Source: an uncultured Gemmataceae bacterium
Lineage (GTDB): Bacteria; Planctomycetota; Planctomycetia; Gemmatales; Gemmataceae
Length of the DNA stretch: 64,000 bases
Assembly: GCA_963750165.1 (NCBI GenBank)
Contig: CAVVPN010000003.1
Coordinates: 928,001 to 992,000, forward strand
Direction: 5' to 3'
Shown one piece after another: positions 1 to 10,442 of this stretch; positions within the stretch are counted from its first letter, which is position 1, and each line of letters starts with the position of its first letter. Under the pieces are notes generated by a model that was not told where the DNA came from, did not search any database, and saw only the letters and a list, made by a program, of their open reading frames with translations. Both the position numbers and the translations under genes were made by a program.

Positions 1-2
1 AG

Positions 3-104
3 GGCCCGAAGGACGCGGCCAACGAGGTCATCATCCGCGCCGGCGGCGGCCAGACCGCGGCGCTGAAATTCACCCTGTACGTCGTCCGCCGGCTGCACGC
101 CTGA
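3..104 (+). CDS. tssK: 3' end of probable T6SS baseplate/connector TssK (partial, runs off window start)
   Basis: Open frame GPKDAANEVIIRAGGGQTAALKFTLYVVRRLHA* ending 35 bp before tssL. The ending resembles TssK C-termini and the position fits the usual tssK-tssL-tssM order. Confidence 0.55.
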   Translation, partial: GPKDAANEVIIRAGGGQTAALKFTLYVVRRLHA

Positions 105-139
105 GCGGCCGCCGCCAACTCGCTGGGATTGCGCACGCC

Positions 140-868
140 ATGCGTGAGGACATCGCCGAACTGGTGCATGCCGTGTTCCGGGGCGGGTTCCGCCTGAAAG
201 AGCGGCTGGCCGCCGGGGAGCCCGTGGACCTCAAGGAGGGCCGCCGCGACCTGCTGCGGCTGCTCGACAACCCCCTGCTGCACGCCGGCGACAGGTACGA
301 CCTGGGCGTCCACTACGCGCTGGTGTGCTGGCTGGACGAGCTTCTCATCGACGACACGCCGGCGGGCCAGCAGTGGAGCGAGGAGTTTTGCCTGGAGCAG
401 GAACTCTATCAGACGCGCCTGCGGGCCCACAAGTTCTGGAACCCCGGCGTCAAGGCGGCCGAGGCGCGGCCCGGCGGCGACGTGCTGGAGGTGTATTACC
501 TCTGCTACCTGCTCGGCTTCCGGGGCGATGAGGACAGCCGCCCCGCCGACCTGGCCGCCTGGGCCGAGCGCGTGCGGCCGCAGGTGATGCGCGGCTACGG
601 CGAGGAACCGGCGCAGCTCGATAAGAGCACGCCGGACTCGGACGTGCCGTACCTGTTTGGGCGGTCGCAGTTCCGCAAGATGCTCCAGACGTGGGCCGTG
701 GCGTTGTTGATCCTGGCCTTCGTGGTGGGCTTCCTGGTGGTCTACCGGTTCGGCTCCCGGGTCAGCGCCCACGCCGCAGCGTGGGCCGAGCATGCCGCCC
801 GGCTGCATTGTGCTCCGGAGAGATCATGGGCTTCTTGCGTTGGATCTGGGACGGCCTCCGGCAACTGA
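140..868 (+). CDS. tssL: T6SS membrane subunit TssL (DotU family)
   Basis: YALVCWLDE, W..F.LE..LY, LEVYYLCYLLGFRG DotU motifs. Single C-terminal TM (AVALLILAFVVGFLVVY), no OmpA domain. Confidence 0.9.
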   Translation: MREDIAELVHAVFRGGFRLKERLAAGEPVDLKEGRRDLLRLLDNPLLHAGDRYDLGVHYALVCWLDELLIDDTPAGQQWSEEFCLEQELYQTRLRAHKFWNPGVKAAEARPGGDVLEVYYLCYLLGFRGDEDSRPADLAAWAERVRPQVMRGYGEEPAQLDKSTPDSDVPYLFGRSQFRKMLQTWAVALLILAFVVGFLVVYRFGSRVSAHAAAWAEHAARLHCAPERSWASCVGSGTASGN

Positions 869-2427
869 TCGGCCTGATTCTACCGATCTTTTCGAAGGCG
901 GCCGACTTCCGGTCGTACAGCTCGGGCGCGAAAATCGCCCTGCACGTCCTCGTTTTGGTCGTGGTCCTGGCCGGGTTGACCTTCCTGCAGAACTGGGTGC
1001 TACTGAGTTTCACCCTGGCTTTCCCCAATCACCCGTACCTCAAATGGATGTGGCTGCCGGTCCTGTTCCTGCTGGTGTACGTCCTCGTCTGGCTGCTCTG
1101 GTGGCTGTGGCACATCCTCCTCAGCGAGGAGGCCGGCTCGGACTTCCCGGACCTGGACGCGGCCTGGGGCGAGATCAGCAAGGCCCTGCAGGCGGCGAAC
1201 ATTGCCTTGCAGGACGTGCCGTTGTACCTGGTGCTGGGCCGGCCGGCGGCGGGGGAGGCGGCGTTGTTCCACGCCGCCCGCCTGCCGTTTCTGGTCAAGC
1301 AGGCGCCGGGCCCGGACGCGCCGGTGCAGGCCTGGGCCAACCGGCAGGACGGCATTTACGTCGCCTGCGTGGACTCGTCGCGGCTCGGCTCCCGGGCGAG
1401 CCTGCTGGCGCTCACCGGGGCCGAGGACTCGGGCGGCGCCGCCGCGCCGCTGGAGTTCGACGCCGCGACCGCCACCATCGGCGGCGCCACCATCGGGGCC
1501 GGCATGCAGGTAAATGTCGGCGGGTTGCTGGACGAGCAACTGCCGGAGGGGGAGCGGCGGCGCCGGGCCAAGGCGCTGGACGTGGCGGACCAGCCGGAGC
1601 TGGCCCGGCGGTTGACGGCGCGGCTGGAGCACCTGTGCCGGCTCGTGGCCCGGGAGCGCTGGCCGGAGCCGCCCGTCAACGGCATCCTGGTGCTGATCCC
1701 GCACGTCGCCACGCAGTCGCGGGCGGCCGCGGAGGGCACGACGCGCGACTGTCAGCAGGATCTGGAATCGGTCTGGAACGTCTTCCGGCTGTCTTGCCCG
1801 CTGTTCGCGCTGGTGTGCGACCTGGAAAAGGCCCCGGGGTTCGCGGACTTCCTGGAGGGCCACCTGGCGCGCTGCCGGACCGAGGAGGAGCGGCGCAAGG
1901 AGCGGCGGCGGCGCCTGGGCCGCCGCCTGGGCTGGGGCGTGGGCATGGACCCGGCGACCCGCCGCAGCGCCATCGAGGAACAGGTTGGGTGGATCGGCCG
2001 CGGCATGTTCCCGCACCAGATCTACAAAAGCGTTTTCTACACGGAACGGCCGGGGCGTGAGGACCCCGCCGAGATCATCCGTCACAACTACCAGGTCAGC
2101 CGCTTCTTCAACGCCATGTTCCAGGGCCAGCGCTGGCTGACCGCCATCGTTCGGGACGGCCTGATTATCCGGCAGGACGGGCCGGAGTTACTGGGCGGCT
2201 GTTACCTGGCCGCCACCGGCCAGGACGCGGACCGCGAACAGGCGTTCGTCGCCGGGGTGTTTGAGCGCCTGCAGGAATCCCTCCGCCTGATTCGCTGGAG
2301 CGACGAGGCCTTTCAGGAGGACGCCCAGTACCAGCAGTGGACGCGCCTCGGCTATCTCGGCTTGCCGGTGTTCGTTCTCGTCGTGGCGGTGCTGCTGATC
2401 CTGTGGTGGCAACCGTTTGGGGGCTGA
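826..2427 (+). CDS. tssM: TssM/IcmF-like protein: N-terminal TMs + cytoplasmic IcmF-N domain + final TM, no periplasmic domain
   Basis: ATG 826 after GGAG. Two N-terminal TMs, PLYLVLG degenerate P-loop, PVNGILVLIP, CPLFALVCDLEKAPGFADF, GCYLAATG..QAFV.GVF motifs typical of IcmF-N. Follows tssL. Confidence 0.8.
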   Translation: MGFLRWIWDGLRQLIGLILPIFSKAADFRSYSSGAKIALHVLVLVVVLAGLTFLQNWVLLSFTLAFPNHPYLKWMWLPVLFLLVYVLVWLLWWLWHILLSEEAGSDFPDLDAAWGEISKALQAANIALQDVPLYLVLGRPAAGEAALFHAARLPFLVKQAPGPDAPVQAWANRQDGIYVACVDSSRLGSRASLLALTGAEDSGGAAAPLEFDAATATIGGATIGAGMQVNVGGLLDEQLPEGERRRRAKALDVADQPELARRLTARLEHLCRLVARERWPEPPVNGILVLIPHVATQSRAAAEGTTRDCQQDLESVWNVFRLSCPLFALVCDLEKAPGFADFLEGHLARCRTEEERRKERRRRLGRRLGWGVGMDPATRRSAIEEQVGWIGRGMFPHQIYKSVFYTERPGREDPAEIIRHNYQVSRFFNAMFQGQRWLTAIVRDGLIIRQDGPELLGGCYLAATGQDADREQAFVAGVFERLQESLRLIRWSDEAFQEDAQYQQWTRLGYLGLPVFVLVVAVLLILWWQPFGG

Positions 2428-2439
2428 GCAGGCGGACCG

Positions 2440-2448
2440 TGCTACAAT
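2440..2448 (+). promoter_or_regulatory. Possible extended -10 promoter for the kinase gene
   Basis: TGCTACAAT (TGn-TAcAAT) in an AT-richer gap just after the tssM stop. Confidence 0.35.
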
Positions 2449-2589
2449 TATCTTTCTTCCTCCAGGATCCGTTTACGTTTCGCGCTCTGCTCGTGCGTGA
2501 AACGAAAACGGGTTCGCGCGGGCGAAAGCATCAGAAAACATCAGGAGTTTACAGTTCGGACAGGTCCAGCGCAACACTGCGAGGTCATC

Positions 2590-5500
2590 ATGGAACGGAC
2601 GGACGCCAACCGGGACGCACTCACCCCGGCGGATCAGCAGGTCCTGGAATCGTGGCTGCAGGAATTTGAACAATCCTGGCACGAGGACAAGCTCGGCCAG
2701 ACCCTCCATGAACTGCCAGCGGAGGGGACGCTGCGCCAGGTGGCGATGAGCGAGCTGACCAAGCTGGACCTGCGCCACCGCTGGCGTCGGGGCGAGCCGA
2801 AGAAAATCGAGTCCTACCTGAACGACATTCCCGATCTCGGCACGTCGGCCACGCTGTCGGTGGACCTGATCCGCGCAGAGGTGGAAGTGCGGCGGGAACT
2901 GGGCGAAGACGTCTCGGAGCAGGAACTGCTGACCCGCTTCCCGCTGCACGCGGACCAGCTGCGGGGCGAATTCTCGCAGTCCTGGCGCGCCGTCCCCGGT
3001 TCGCGGCCGAGCGCCTCGCTCTCGACCATCAACCCCATCGACACCCCGGCCCCGCGCACGGCTCCCGCCCCCGCTCCCCCGGCTCCCCGGCCCGCCGGCA
3101 AGGCCCCGGCGGCCGCCACGGCCCTGCCCCGGGCCGGCCAGCGCTACCGGATTATAACGAAGCACGACCAGGGCAACGTGGGCGAGGTGTTTCTGGCCCT
3201 GGACGAGGAGGTGCCGCGCGAGGTGGCGCTCAAGCGGTTGCAGGCCAAGTGCGCCGACGACCCGGAAACCCGCGCCCGCTTCCTCCGCGAGGCTGAAATC
3301 TGCGGACGGCTGGAGCACCCGGGCGTCGTCCCCGTCTACGGCCTGGGCGTCGATTCCGACGGCCGCCCCTTCTACGCCATGCGCTTCGTCAAGGGGGAGA
3401 GCCTCCGCGAGGTCCTGCGCCGCTTCCACGGCCAGGGGCCGCGCGACGCCGGTGCCCGCCGCGTCGAACTGCACAAGCTGCTCGGCCGTTTCATTACCGT
3501 GTGCCAGGCGGTGGAGTTCGCCCACCGCAGCGGCGTGCTGCACCGCGACCTCAAGCCGGCGAACATCATGCTCGGCGAATTCGGCGAGACCCTGCTCGTG
3601 GACTGGGGCATGGCCAAAATCCTCGGCCAGGACGAGGAACCGGGCGGCGACGTGGTCAGTGCGGTCGAGGCCCTGCTGCCGGACGCGCCGGGGGACGGAC
3701 AGGCATCCGCCGCGTCCGCCCAGTCCACCGCCCGCGGCCCGCAAGCGGACCTCACCCAGACCGGGCAGATTCGCGGCACCACCGCCTTCATGAGCCCCGA
3801 ACAGGCGGCCGGGAAGATCCACGAACTCACCCCGGCCAGCGACATCTACGGCCTGGGGGCGACGCTGTACCAGATCCTGACGGGCAAGCCGCCGTTCGAG
3901 GGGTCGGACCTCCGGCACATCCTGGGCCGGGTGCGGGCCGGCGACTTCCCGCGGCCGCGCAAGCTGGCCCCGGCGGTCCCGCCTGCCCTGGAGGCGATCT
4001 GCCTGAAGGCGATGGCACTGCGGCCGGGACAGCGCTACCCCTCGGCCCGGGCGCTGGCCGACGACCTGGAGCGCTGGCTGGCCGACGAGCCGGTGAGCGC
4101 ACTGCCCGAGCCGTGGACCGCGCGGGCCGGGCGCTGGCTGCGGCGGCACAAGGCGCTGGTGACCGGCGCCGTCGTCCTGCTGACGGCGGCGGTGGTCGCG
4201 CTGAGCGCCAGCACCGTGCTGATCGCCGAGGCCCAGCAGCGGACCGAGCAGCAGCGTGCGGCGGCGGCGGCGGCGGAGCAACAGGCCCGCGCCGCCTTCC
4301 AGGACGCGGACCACCAGCGCCAGCTCGCGGTCGCGGCGGAGCAGAAAATCAAGGGCGCCCTGGACAAGGTCGAGGTCGCCCGACAGGACGCCGAACGCCA
4401 GCGCATCAAGGCTGTGGACTCTCAGGAGAAGGAGGCCGAAGCCCGTGCGGCGGCGGAGCAGGCCCTTGCGAACGAGAAGGCGGCGCGGGAACAGGAGCAG
4501 GCGGAACGGAAGAAGCGGGCCCTGGCCGAGGCCGAGGGCCTCACCGAGGCCAACCCGGTCGCGGTGCGCAAGGTCATCGACATCCTGAAGTCCACCCCCC
4601 AGGACGTGCTGCCGCACGTGCTGCCGCGGCTGCGCGAACTCTGGGAGCGGAAAAAGCCGCCCCTGAGCCTCGGCCAGCGCCTCCGCGTCGGCGTGGCTCT
4701 GCTGATGCTGGACGACAAGGCGACCAGGGACATGCTCGCCGCGCTGCCCGGGTTGATGCTGCAGACGGACGACCCCGGGGAATTGCTCCTGGTGCGCGGC
4801 GCCCTGGAGCCGCACCGCGCGGCGGTGGCCCCGGCCCTGTGGCAGAAGGCGGACGACCCGAAGACGCCGAACGCCGAACGCTTCCGCGCGCTGGCGGCGC
4901 TGGCGGGGCTGGACGACGCGAAGGCCCGGTGGCACAACCCGACCTGGGCGCCGGCGAAAACCACTGCCGCCGGCACGCCCACGGCCTTTGTCGTCGAGCA
5001 CCTGCTGTCCGCCAACGCCCTGCGCCTGGGCCAGTGGGCCGAGGCGTTCCGGCCGGTCAGCGCGGAGTTGCTCGAGCCGCTGCAGGCGGCGTTCAAGGAC
5101 GCCCACCGACCGCACCGCGGGGTGGTGGCGGCGCGGCTGCTGGCCGACTTCGCCGCCGGGCTGCCCGAACTGCTCGCGGGACTGGCGCTGGACGCAAAGG
5201 ACGAGCAGTACCTGTTGCTGCGGCCGGTTTTGCTGGCCCACCCAGACCGGGCGGCGCCCGTGTTCCGCAAGGAGCTGGCGCGGCCGAAGCCGGACGCGCT
5301 GGACGCCCAGGTCGCCCTGGCGCGGCGGCAGGCGCACGCAGCGGTGGCCCTGCTCCACCTGGGCCAGGTGCAGGAGTCGGGGCGACTGCTCAAGCACGGC
5401 CCGGACCCGACGCTGCGGACGTTTCTGATCCACGCCCTGGGCCGGCGCGGCACCGACCCGGACCTGCTGGTGAAGCGGCTGAAGGCGACGGACGAGGTGT

Positions 5501-6619
5501 CGGAGCGGCGGGCGTTGATCCTGAGCTTCGGCGAGATCGCGGCGGGGCAGTGGCCGCTGGCGCGACGCCAGGAGGTGACCCAGGAATTGTTGAAGTGGTA
5601 TCGCGAGGACCCGGACCCGGGCGTGCATAGCGCCATCGACTGGCTGCTGCGGCACGGCATGCAGGGGCCGGTGCCGCGCAAACTGGACTGGCAGCAGGCC
5701 GCGGCGCTGGACAAACTCGACCGGAACCTTGCCGCCCTCGGCGACAAACTCCCGGTTGGTCGCGACTGGTTCGTCACAGCCCGGGGTGGGCACACGCTGG
5801 CAGTGGTCCGCAGACCTGTCGAGTTCTGGATGGGATCGCCTGCGGGCGAGCCACGGGGCTGGAGCTTTGACAACGAGGCGCTGCACCGCAAACGCATTCC
5901 CCGCTCCTTCGCGGTCGCCACGCGCGAGGTGACCGCCGCGCAGTTCAAGGCGTTTTTGCAAGCGCATTCGGAGCTGCAGAAGAAACACAAGCTGGAAAGC
6001 CAGGAGCGGTTCGGCCCCGACCCGGACGGGCCGGCGCTGGGGGTCACCTGGTCCGAGGCGGCTGCCTACTGCAACTGGCTGAGCAAGATCAACGGCATCG
6101 ACGCGGACCAGTGGTGTTACCAGATCAACGCCAGTTCCGGGGCCGTGAAAATGGCCCCCAATTTCCTCAACCTGCGCGGCTACCGCCTGCCCACCGAGTC
6201 GGAATGGGAATACAGCTGCCGGGCCGGCGCGGACCCGCTGGGGATTCGGCAACGGGGTCGCGATGCTGCCCGAGTACGCGTGGTTCTTCCTCACGAGCGA
6301 GGACCGCGCCTGGCCGGTGGGCCAGTTGAAGCCCAACGACCTCGGCCTGTTTGACATGCACGGCAATGCCTGGGAGTGGTGTCAGGATCGGGTGATGACA
6401 TTCGATTACCCGAAGAACGTGGCCGGCCAGGCCGTCGTGGAAACGCTGGAGCGGGAACTCACGCCTCTCGCGGCCAACCGGCGGTGTGTCATGCGTGGCG
6501 GTTCGTTCTTCAATCGAGCGCCCATCACCCGCTGTGCGCAGCGTTACCTTGGGAAAGTGCTGGGCGATCCGCCGGCCAACGACGCCGGCTTTCGGGTCGC
6601 ACGCACCATGCAACTCTGA
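2590..6619 (+). CDS. Membrane Ser/Thr protein kinase with C-terminal FGE-sulfatase (SUMF1-like) domain; frameshift near 6231
   Basis: VALK, HRDLKPANIM, DWGMAK, GTTAFMSPEQ motifs, then TM (ALVTGAVVLLTAAVVALS) and a coiled coil. FGE motifs FWMGS, YRLPTESEWEYSCRAG continue in another frame as KPNDLGLFDMHGNAWEWC..RGGSF..GFRVART*. Confidence 0.9.
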
Positions 6620-6747
6620 TGGGAGCGCGCGAAACTATGCGGGCGGACAGGGTTGTTTGGCGCTTTCCCCGAGGAGGGAGAACGTGCCAGACAACCCCGT
6701 CCGCCCGCGCTGAGCCAATCGTGTCCCCTGTCCGGGAGCGCGGAGTG

Positions 6748-8524
6748 CTATTCCGGGACATCCACCAACACCACTCCGGTGGAGATACGCTCGCTCTCAG
6801 GACGAATGACCGTCCTGGGCGCTGGCGCTGGAGGGACCGCACCCGGGGCGGTTGGCGCCGGACCAGGAGGCTGCATCTCGATCGGTCTCGGGGCGTACCG
6901 CACCGGGAAGGCCGGCGCCGCGCCGGGTTGCACCGTGACAGCAGACGCTGGCGTGACCGGCGTCCATGCGGCCTGCCGGGGTGCGAACTGCACCGGGGTC
7001 GTCGGGGCGGGGTTGGTCCGCACCGGGATGATCGGCGCCGAGATGACCGGCGGCAGGGCGGCGGGCGGCTGGTCGAATCGCACCGGGGCTACTGGAGCCG
7101 GAGCGGCCGGCAGCGGGCCGGTTGACAGCGGAGCCACCGGAGCCGGAGCGGCCGGCAGCGGGTCGAATCGCACCGGACTGATCAGCGGGGGAACGGGGGG
7201 AAGCAGGGTCGCCGACGCCGTGAAGGACGCCGGGGCGGACGGCATCGGGGCGAATCCGGCCGTGGTGGCCGCCGCCGGGGCGACGCCCACCGGCGTGATT
7301 GGCGCCGGCGCGGGGTGCGGCGGCGCAACCGGCACTGGGTTGGTGCGCATCGAGGTGGCCGGCGCCGGGGCGGCCTGCTTCGGAACGGCCTGTTTCGGAA
7401 CGACCTGCTTCGGAGCGACGCGCGCCGGGGATTCCGGGGTAGCGTTGAGGGAGTTTTCAATCACGCCGAAAAAGCTGGCCTCGGGGCGGGGCGACGCGGA
7501 CGGCGACGCGGGCATGGCGTTCCCCATCTTCTCGAGGGCTTTCCGCGAATTGGCCACCACCTGAGCCAGCGTCATTTTCTCGATGCGCTGATAATAAGAA
7601 AGCGCGCCGGCGCCCTTGGCGGGCGTGCTGCCGGGGTTTGCGGGCGTGGCCGCGGCGGTTTTGGCGGGCGCCTCGCTGGCGGCCTTGGCGGGCGTGGTAC
7701 CGGCGGTCTTGGTGGGCGCCGCTCCCGCCCTGGCGGGCACTTCCGGCGGGAGGGCCTCCACCGGTTTCTTGTCGAGTTCCCGAAGGGGCGGCCCTTCCAC
7801 CAGCGGGGGTTCGATGGGCACCAAGTCCGGGGGCACCGCCGCCGCGAAGCGGGCCAGGCAGGAGTTCAGCGCCATCCAGGCGGTGGCCCGCACGCGCTCC
7901 GAGGCCTCCGGCGGTCGGCCGTCCTCGTCGTTACAGGTCACCGTCAACGTCAGGGCCTGAATGGTGGACCTGGTGCAGCAGCAGCCGCGGCCCAGCGCCA
8001 GCGCCGCCTCCCAGCGCACGCACTCGTTACGGTCGGCGCAGGGCGTTAATCAGCGCCTCCTGTGCCTCGGGCCAGTAGCGGCAATCGACCGTGCCCAGGT
8101 AGCGGACGTCGGCCCGGCGCGCCTTGGCGGCGGCCTCGTCGGCCTTGACCAGGGCGGCGGCCCCTGTCGGGCTGTCCGCCGGCGCCGCCAGCTGCGCGGC
8201 GGTCGGCAGGTCCGGGCAGCAGTTCCCGAGGATGCCGCCGCTGAAGACGCGGATGGGGGCCAGGCTGTTGTTGAAGAACTGCCCCACCGGCGAGGCACAG
8301 AACTTCGCCTTGCAGTAGGCACAGGTGGCGATCAGGTTCGCGATCTTGGTCCCGGCCGGTGGGCCGGCCGCGGGGACGACGGCGGCAGCCGGTGCTGCCG
8401 CGAGGGGCCCGGCCGCGGCCGGCGCCACCGGCACGGCCGCGGCCGGCACGGCCGGAACCTGACCGCGAGCGGCTGGCAGCAGCAGGGCCACCAGCACCAC
8501 TGGGGCGCCGAATTTCTTCCACAT
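6748..8524 (-). CDS. Exported Cys-rich HEAT-repeat-like protein with long Pro/Ala-rich C-terminus; frameshift near 8036
   Basis: Signal peptide MWKKFGAPVVLVALLLPAARG. ORFs 8027..8626 and 6748..8019 join as EALINALR-(A)DRNECVRWEAALALG, a HEAT/PBS-like repeat. Low-complexity tail with internal repeats (PLPAAPAPVAP x2, PVRFD x2). Confidence 0.7.
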
Positions 8525-8965
8525 GGCCAAGGGCTCCTTCAGTCTGTTATTCCCCACCCAGTTCCAGGTGGCCCGGGAGACGCCGCCGAAGTAGCCGTCC
8601 CCTTCTGAAAATTGATGCAAAGTCACTTCACCACCAACTTCGGCCGCGGCCCCTCAGGCTGAAATGATTGCGACGGTTGAAGCGGCTGGCGGCATATTCG
8701 CGCGAACCCTCATATCCTGGAGAACCCCTTCTGTCGGAAAAGGCGTTGGAATTTACGATGCAGGCGCGGGAGCGGGTCCGATACTGAAAACAATCTCGAC
8801 GGGGTGAACCTCCTACGACCGCGGAACGGGCGAACCACCCTTTCCAGGCCGCGCAACCTGCCCCGAATCCGTTACGGTCACACCTCCATCCCGTTGGTCG
8901 TCGCGCCCGGTCCTCGCGGGCCCACGCCGCGGACGAGCTTGAACAGGAAAGAAGGAGTGCAGCCT

Positions 8966-10224
8966 ATGAGGTGGGAGTCAAGTCAGCCCCGTGGGGGCAA
9001 GGCGAAGGTTTGGGCGTTCGGGTTGACGTGCGTGGCCCTGTTGACCGGGGTTGCGCCGGCGCTGGCGCAGAAGCCTACTGACGCCCCGCCGACGAAGCTG
9101 TCGGACCTCGCCGCCCCGACGTTGGCGGCGGCGCCGGCGGCGCCGGACGCCAACGTGACCCAGGCGAGCTGCAGCACCTGCTCCGGCGGACTGCTCGGCG
9201 GCTCGCTCGGCGGCCCGCCGCCGCTCCCCGGCGACGGCGGCGGCTGCGGCGGTGGCGGCTGTGGCGGCGGTCAGTGCGTCCCGGGGCGATTGAACTGTTG
9301 CAGCTGCTGCGAGGGCCAGACCTGCCTGGGCCGCATGCTCTGCGGGTTCTACGAGTGCATCTGCTGCCCCGACCCCTGCTACGATCCACACTGGATCGCC
9401 CTCGCCGACTCCGCCCTCTTCGTGAACGCGCCCCGGCCCGTCACCCAGATGCACTGCGCTACGACGGCATTTACGGCATCCCGTTCGCGGATCGGGCTGA
9501 ATACTACTTCGCCCGGGACACGGGCACCCCGGCGGGCGGCGGCCGCGGGCCGAACTTCAACATGGCGCGCCTCGTCAACATCAATCAGCTGAGCCTGTAT
9601 AACGAAGCGGCCCTGGGGCGGTTCAGCGCCTTCATCGCGGTCCCGTACAACGAGGTCCACCGCGACACCGACTTCGGCTACAGCGTCGCCAGCTCCGGCT
9701 TCGGGAACCTGAGCGTCGGCACCAAGTCCATGTTACTCGACTGTGAGTTGCTGCAGATCACGTTGCAATTCACCACGTACATCCCCACCGCCAGCCCCGG
9801 CGGCGGCCTGGCAAACGGCCACGTGAGCCTGGAACCGGCCCTGCTGTTCGCGTTAAAGTTGACCCCCGAATCGTACTTCCAGGGGGAACTGGCCCAGTGG
9901 ATTCCGGTCGGCGGGGACACAATCTACCAGGGGAACGTGTTCCACTCCCACTTCAGCTTCAACCACATCCTGTGGCGTTTCCTCCCCGACGTGCAGTTGA
10001 TCGGGACGATGGAGCTGAGCGAGTGGTCGGTGTTGAACGGCAACTTCACCGACCCGTTGACCGGCGCGATCCAGCGGGCGGCCGGGTCCGCCTGGAGCCT
10101 CGGGCCGGGCCTGCGGTTAAACATCTGCAACCGGATCGACTTCGGCGCGGGGGTGCAGTTCGGCGTCGGCTCAGATCGGTGGTATGACGAGAACTTCCGG
10201 GCAGAATTCCGGTGGCGCTTCTGA
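8966..10224 (+). CDS. Putative outer-membrane beta-barrel protein with Cys/Gly-rich N-terminal region; frameshift near 9452
   Basis: ATG after GAAGGAG, signal peptide ending ALA, Cys-rich segment. Then amphipathic beta strands with GFGNLSVGTK and PT..GLANG motifs resembling MetA-pathway/phenol-degradation barrels, and C-terminal FRAEFRWRF (BAM beta-signal-like terminal Phe). Confidence 0.7.
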
Positions 10225-10235
10225 TGCGGTTCGCA

Positions 10236-10267
10236 AGTCAGAGTAGCGGGGAGCCGCTACTCTGACT
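10236..10267. terminator. 14-bp perfect hairpin after the beta-barrel gene
   Basis: AGTCAGAGTAGCGG-ggag-CCGCTACTCTGACT just after the stop. No clear U-tract. Confidence 0.5.
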
Positions 10268-10442
10268 GTCATGTGCTCCAGTGCAGACAAACGCGCGTGC
10301 GGGCGCACGGTTTTCTTTTTCCGAGGCGGGTGTGTATACTTTCAGAATCACGGAGCACCCGCCACGCCGTTGCGTGCGCCGGAGTGCGCGGGCCGGGACG
10401 GTCGTCCTGACCCGATCTGCGGCCATCCGCGGTAGAAACGCC

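Noticed and set aside
2473..6366. Long antisense and alternate-frame ORFs (also 11680..13350, 20345..23155, 23631..25619, 39056..40996, 42187..44700, 61082..63013)
   Set aside because: Shadow ORFs of high-GC coding strands that overlap well-supported genes and carry no motifs.
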